From assembly GCA_031409655.1 (NCBI GenBank), contig JANNXQ010000286.1:1-60919 (forward strand): a stretch of DNA of 60,919 bases, read 5' to 3'. Under the pieces are notes generated by a model, which saw only the letters and a list, made by a program, of their open reading frames with translations, ran no database searches and had not been told where the DNA came from. A program made the position numbers and the translations under genes. Below, piece by piece: positions 56,766-60,919 of the stretch (positions within the stretch are counted from its first letter, which is position 1; each line of letters begins with the position of its first letter). This DNA comes from Chthoniobacteraceae bacterium. Lineage in GTDB: Bacteria; Verrucomicrobiota; Verrucomicrobiia; Chthoniobacterales; Chthoniobacteraceae.

Positions 56766-59700
56766 CGGAAACGAATGAGGTATTTCAGCCGCCCCGTGAA
56801 GCGTCCATCCGTGCTGATGTCGCCGATGAGATAGTAGTGTTCATTGAGTTTGAAGCGCGTGGTGATCTCGCGGCCTCCGGTGCGAGTGTCCACGGCGCCG
56901 AGTTCGAGTTGGAAGCGATCGAGAAGTGAATCATTGCCGGTCTTCTCCTCTGGCGGTGGAGCGGCCCCTCGTTTGAAGACTTTCCGATAGAGCGATTGCA
57001 CCGCGAGCATCGCCGCGCGGCTGGCCAGCACGTCGGCATTACCCGCCAGTTCCCCGGTGGTGGTGCCGGTGGCGAGGAGCGAAATGATGTCCGCGTGGGC
57101 TAGCGGAGGATCGCTCGTGAATTCGATCTGCGGCTCCCCGGCGCGTCCATGGATGTAGGCACCGACGGTGTAATCGCGGAGCTTTGATTCGGCCTGAAGA
57201 TCGAGCGCCGGCTGAAAGGGTTCATCCTTTTGGAAATACACAAAGCCGCGCGTGATCGAGAGAGTGCTGAAGGGGAGGCTCGCGACGAATTTTTCGATGC
57301 GCAGATTTCCGTCCAGATACGGCTCCAGGCCAGTGCCCGCGAGCCGGAGGTTCACCGCCACGGCGCCATTCGCGAGATTGCCCCGCACCAGGAAGGGATC
57401 GTCCGGGCGGGTCTTGATCTCGAGGTCAAATTTCCAATCGCGGAGCGGCGGATTTGGAAAGGAAATCACTGCGGGCCCTTTGGCCGCGGACTTCGGCGCG
57501 GGCGGCGGCGCGCGTCCAGGGAGGCCGATGGGCAGGATGTCGATCTCCTTAAAGAAACGGCTGTGGGTGACAAAGACGGTGCCCGTGGCGCTGCCGGCTT
57601 TGAGCGGGCCGGTGACTTTCAGATCGGCATCCGCGCGCACGGTGATCGAGTCGTCGCGTTTCACGAGCACTTCGTCGGACTGCAGCCGGAGATCGAAGAC
57701 GGGATCCTTCGGGTCGGTGATCTTGATGGTGCCGCCGAGATTAAAAGTGCCGCCGCCGATCTCGCCGCGGAAACGCTCGAAGGTCACGGTGTCGCCAGCC
57801 ATGGACACCCGGCCATCGAAAGCGCCGATGGCCGGCACGTTTTCATTGGCGATGCGGGCTCCTTTCAAGGCGACCACGACCGCGCCGGTGATGGCCGGTT
57901 TCCCGACCGTCCCAGCGACGCGGACATCGAGGCCAGCCGTGCCCTCGATGCGCACGACTTGCGGGGCCAGCTTTGGCACCAGTGCAAGGGAAGAGGGCGG
58001 GAGCTTGGCGGTGAAATCGAGCGGAAGCTCGGGATCGAGCTGCTTCGCTTTGATGGTCGCCTCAAGATCGAGCGGCACGCGGCCCGAGACGGTGAGCGGC
58101 TGCATCTGCGGCTGCTTCAGAGTGGCGTCCACTTCGAGCTTCTTGTCCGTGTAATGGAGCTCGAGATCGAGCGTCGAGGCGTCGAGTTGCGGCACCGCTT
58201 TCGCCTTCAAGCCGCGCCCCGCCACCTTCAGATGTCCGGCCGGCGCGAGCAGCGAGCCACCCGTGATGAGGCTCGCGGTGATGGCTCCGCTCACCGGTGA
58301 AGTTTGTCCGAAACTGCCGAGGAGTTTTTCGAGATCGAGCTTATTGGCGCTCAGATTCGCGGCGATGCGACCGTCCATCGGGAGCGGGGGTTTGGCCGTC
58401 GGATCGAAGGGCAGCAGGACGAAGCCGGTGAGCACGGGTGAGCCAGCCTGTGCGAGAGCCAGATCCTTGAGGCGCAGTCGATTCTCCTCCCACTCGATCT
58501 TGCCCGCGAGCGCCGTCGGGCCGCTCTGCACGCGGAACTCGCTCGTCTCCGCAAAGCCCGGACGGTACTGGCTCGCGAGGCGGAAGGCCGTGAGATCGAT
58601 CTTGCCGTAGCGAGCCTTGGCGACGGTGATGCCTAGCTTGCCTTGGTGATTGGGGGGCGGCGGTGGATCAGTCGCGGCGGGCGGGCGGCCTGCGCCGCTC
58701 CCGGTCCACTCGATGTCCAGCGCTCCGGCGAGTTCTTCCTTCACGCCGAAGACCGCGAGCAGAGGTTGCCAGGCCGCGAGATTTTTCACGGCAGCCACGA
58801 TCGAGCCCTCATAGGGGAAAGGCGCTTTGAGCCCGCTCTGGCCGACGATGGCGATGCGATCGGTCGCATTGATCTGCAAGGCGAGTTCCTCGATCGCCGC
58901 GGCATTGTCCGCGAGGCTGATTTTCGCCGCGAATTTCTCCGCCTTGAAATCGCCGAAGACAAAATCGCCACCCTCCAGCGTCACGCCGCCGACGGGCCCG
59001 CCATTCACCATCTTGACTGCACCACGTCCGTTGAGTCGTCCGTTGAGTATTGCCTGCTTCGCGCCAAGTCCGAACGCCGCGAGCGTCGGGGCCTTGATCG
59101 TGAACTCCACCTCGGTCGGCGCCGTCGCGGCGGTCTTCAGATCATCGGGAATGCGGTAGGTGCCGCGGGCGGAGATGGCATTGTCCCCGCGTCGGACATC
59201 GAAGCGCTGGAGGGCCGCGAGCTGGCCGCGCAGTTCGACCTCCGCGCTGAGGGCATCGACGGTGGCGGTCTTCATGCGGAGCGCCGTGAGGTCCGCGGTC
59301 ACCCTGCCATCCAACTCGGAGAAAGGTCGGTCCTTCGGCGCAGCGAGGCGTTTCGCGGCGCGCAGCGCGATCTTCCCGGAAGAAAGCGCGAGGTCCGGGC
59401 CTTCGATCGCCGTGGCCTCGAGGTCGAGCGTGGCGTCCAGCTTACTCTCCCGCAGCGTCACCTTGCCCTGGCCGCTGAGGCTTCCGTTCAGCGGTGTCGG
59501 CAGCGTGCGCGTCAGCACCGGGAGATCTGGCGCATCGAGTTTCACCGTCGCGTTGACCTCGGATTTAGGGAGATCGTTCACCGATTCGGGGAGCGCGATG
59601 TCCGCGGAGATGGTGAGCGCGTTCTTTCCCGACGCGGCGATCAGCGGGAGGATTTTTGCGTGCCCGTTTTTGCAAGTGGCCTCGAGCGCCACCGTCTCGA

Positions 59701-60742
59701 GCGTCAGCGCTGGGCCGATTTTCACCCCTGCCACCCTGACCTCGGCGCTGCCGCGCCAGGTGCGCGGCTTCTCCGGTTCGCCGACGAAATTGAGGCTCAG
59801 TTTGCGGAGGGTTTCGACGGGCGGTAGGGGCGCATTGAAGTAAGCGGCGGCGGCGGGCAGAGACAGATTATCGACGTGCAGCACGAGTTGCGTGTTGTAG
59901 CTCTTCGCGAGGTTTTCGCCCTTCGTCGCCAGCTCATTGCCGCTGAGTGAAAGATCCGCCGTGCCGCCAAAGGCCCGGACCTTCAGCCACACGCCGCCGG
60001 TCTGCTGGGCGCGCCGCGATGCGTCGAAATTCAGCTCTTCGATGACCAGTTCGGGCGCGAGGCGGAGATCCTTGATGAAGAGATTGCGGCCCGCGTAGCT
60101 CGTGTCCGCGGCGAGATTTTCCCAGACAGGAATGCCCGGCGCCTCGAGCCGCGCGATGCGCAGGTGGCCGACCTTTTCCGGATCGAGCAGGAGATGAAAA
60201 CCGAGCACCTTCGTCACGTTGTTCGGTGCGGTCACCGTCACGTTGAAGTTCTCGATGTTCACGCGATCGGCGTAGGCTGCGGGCTGGGCGAGGATCTTGT
60301 TCAGTTGCTCCGCGATGGCGCGTTTCTGTTTCTTCTCACCCTGGTTTTTGCTCGGGAGCGCGACCAACTGCAGGTCCGCATTGCGCACGGCATAGCTGCG
60401 CAGGAATTCGCCGAGACCGTGCTTCGCCAGGGCCGGAAAGCTGTAGTCGAAGCGCAAGTGTTCGATGGCAATCTTCTGGACGGGAGTTGCGCCACCGGCC
60501 GTGGGTTCGACGCGCACGCCGTCGATGGTGAGGTTTGTAAAAATGCTCCCCGAGAGCTGCAAATCGAGCCGCAGGTGCTGAAAAGCCGCGACGCGGACCA
60601 GGGCGAAACGCACCCCGTAGTGAAAGAGCGGCCGATGGAAGACGGCGACGAAGAGCGCCAGCCACAAAGCCCAGCGACCGGCGCGCCGGAACCATCCGCG
60701 CTTCGGCTTCGTGGTTTCGGGTGGTGACAATACTTCCGGCAT
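56762..60742 (-). CDS. tamB: TamB (DUF490) translocation/assembly module protein
   Basis: N-terminal TM, long beta-rich body, C-terminal P.LDL.A...FTSDPPL...DIISLLATG. Confidence 0.85.
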   Translation of the reverse strand: MPEVLSPPETTKPKRGWFRRAGRWALWLALFVAVFHRPLFHYGVRFALVRVAAFQHLRLDLQLSGSIFTNLTIDGVRVEPTAGGATPVQKIAIEHLRFDYSFPALAKHGLGEFLRSYAVRNADLQLVALPSKNQGEKKQKRAIAEQLNKILAQPAAYADRVNIENFNVTVTAPNNVTKVLGFHLLLDPEKVGHLRIARLEAPGIPVWENLAADTSYAGRNLFIKDLRLAPELVIEELNFDASRRAQQTGGVWLKVRAFGGTADLSLSGNELATKGENLAKSYNTQLVLHVDNLSLPAAAAYFNAPLPPVETLRKLSLNFVGEPEKPRTWRGSAEVRVAGVKIGPALTLETVALEATCKNGHAKILPLIAASGKNALTISADIALPESVNDLPKSEVNATVKLDAPDLPVLTRTLPTPLNGSLSGQGKVTLRESKLDATLDLEATAIEGPDLALSSGKIALRAAKRLAAPKDRPFSELDGRVTADLTALRMKTATVDALSAEVELRGQLAALQRFDVRRGDNAISARGTYRIPDDLKTAATAPTEVEFTIKAPTLAAFGLGAKQAILNGRLNGRGAVKMVNGGPVGGVTLEGGDFVFGDFKAEKFAAKISLADNAAAIEELALQINATDRIAIVGQSGLKAPFPYEGSIVAAVKNLAAWQPLLAVFGVKEELAGALDIEWTGSGAGRPPAATDPPPPPNHQGKLGITVAKARYGKIDLTAFRLASQYRPGFAETSEFRVQSGPTALAGKIEWEENRLRLKDLALAQAGSPVLTGFVLLPFDPTAKPPLPMDGRIAANLSANKLDLEKLLGSFGQTSPVSGAITASLITGGSLLAPAGHLKVAGRGLKAKAVPQLDASTLDLELHYTDKKLEVDATLKQPQMQPLTVSGRVPLDLEATIKAKQLDPELPLDFTAKLPPSSLALVPKLAPQVVRIEGTAGLDVRVAGTVGKPAITGAVVVALKGARIANENVPAIGAFDGRVSMAGDTVTFERFRGEIGGGTFNLGGTIKITDPKDPVFDLRLQSDEVLVKRDDSITVRADADLKVTGPLKAGSATGTVFVTHSRFFKEIDILPIGLPGRAPPPAPKSAAKGPAVISFPNPPLRDWKFDLEIKTRPDDPFLVRGNLANGAVAVNLRLAGTGLEPYLDGNLRIEKFVASLPFSTLSITRGFVYFQKDEPFQPALDLQAESKLRDYTVGAYIHGRAGEPQIEFTSDPPLAHADIISLLATGTTTGELAGNADVLASRAAMLAVQSLYRKVFKRGAAPPPEEKTGNDSLLDRFQLELGAVDTRTGGREITTRFKLNEHYYLIGDISTDGRFTGRLKYLIRFR

Positions 60743-60824
60743 CGGCGCGTGAGGCTACCGGACCCGGGATCGCACGCAAGATGGTCAATGGTCTTAGCAG
60801 TCTGTTGAAAAACCTCTGGGGCCT

Positions 60825-60919
60825 CGGTGGATGGCGCCGCTCCGCGCGCCATGACTCGCTTCGCGCGCAGCGCCACTCTGAAAGATGGGCCTGCGGCCGG
60901 AGTTTGGCATGGCGCGCGG
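60825..60919. repeat. REP-like palindrome, family B (cut by window end)
   Basis: tcggtggatggcgccgctccgcgcgccatg ... catggcgcgcgg. Confidence 0.82.

Noticed and set aside
54606..60742. tamB-before-tamA order as a novelty
   Set aside because: Order variation is known outside enterobacteria, and both genes look intact.
1..60919. tRNA/rRNA genes
   Set aside because: No cloverleaf or rRNA-like conserved sequence was recognised by eye.

Overview
GC-rich bacterial DNA with gene content typical of Verrucomicrobia/PVC (DUF1549/1553 cytochrome c + DUF1501, PVC-type dehydrogenase, ThuA, TamB/TamA); the taxonomy is inferred. Both flanks are ordinary. Left (1-12.2 kb): esterase, GH113-like, glycosyltransferase/methyltransferase cluster, sigma-54 regulator. 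Right (32.3-60.9 kb): livHMGF, DUF1015, PSD1/DUF1501, HIT, GNAT, larB, tdh, malQ, mdh, tamB-tamA. The unusual part is 12.3-31.5 kb. An operon (atypical DsbA fusion, rhodanese, MauE/DoxX) leads into a 3054-aa secreted multidomain protein. Downstream of that gene is a ~6.4-kb array of five orphan copies of its own 3' end (plus one divergent copy), each of the five followed by a conserved bulged hairpin or half of it. Between the copies lie four different toxin-antitoxin modules, two orphan F-type-lectin-like domains, ASH-domain fragments and an S1/P1 nuclease pseudogene. A degenerate IS630 closes the array. No integrase or reverse transcriptase is visible in the window. Several REP-like palindrome families occur, some in-frame within the signal-peptide regions of three secreted proteins. 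All family assignments are by motif recognition; no database searches were run.
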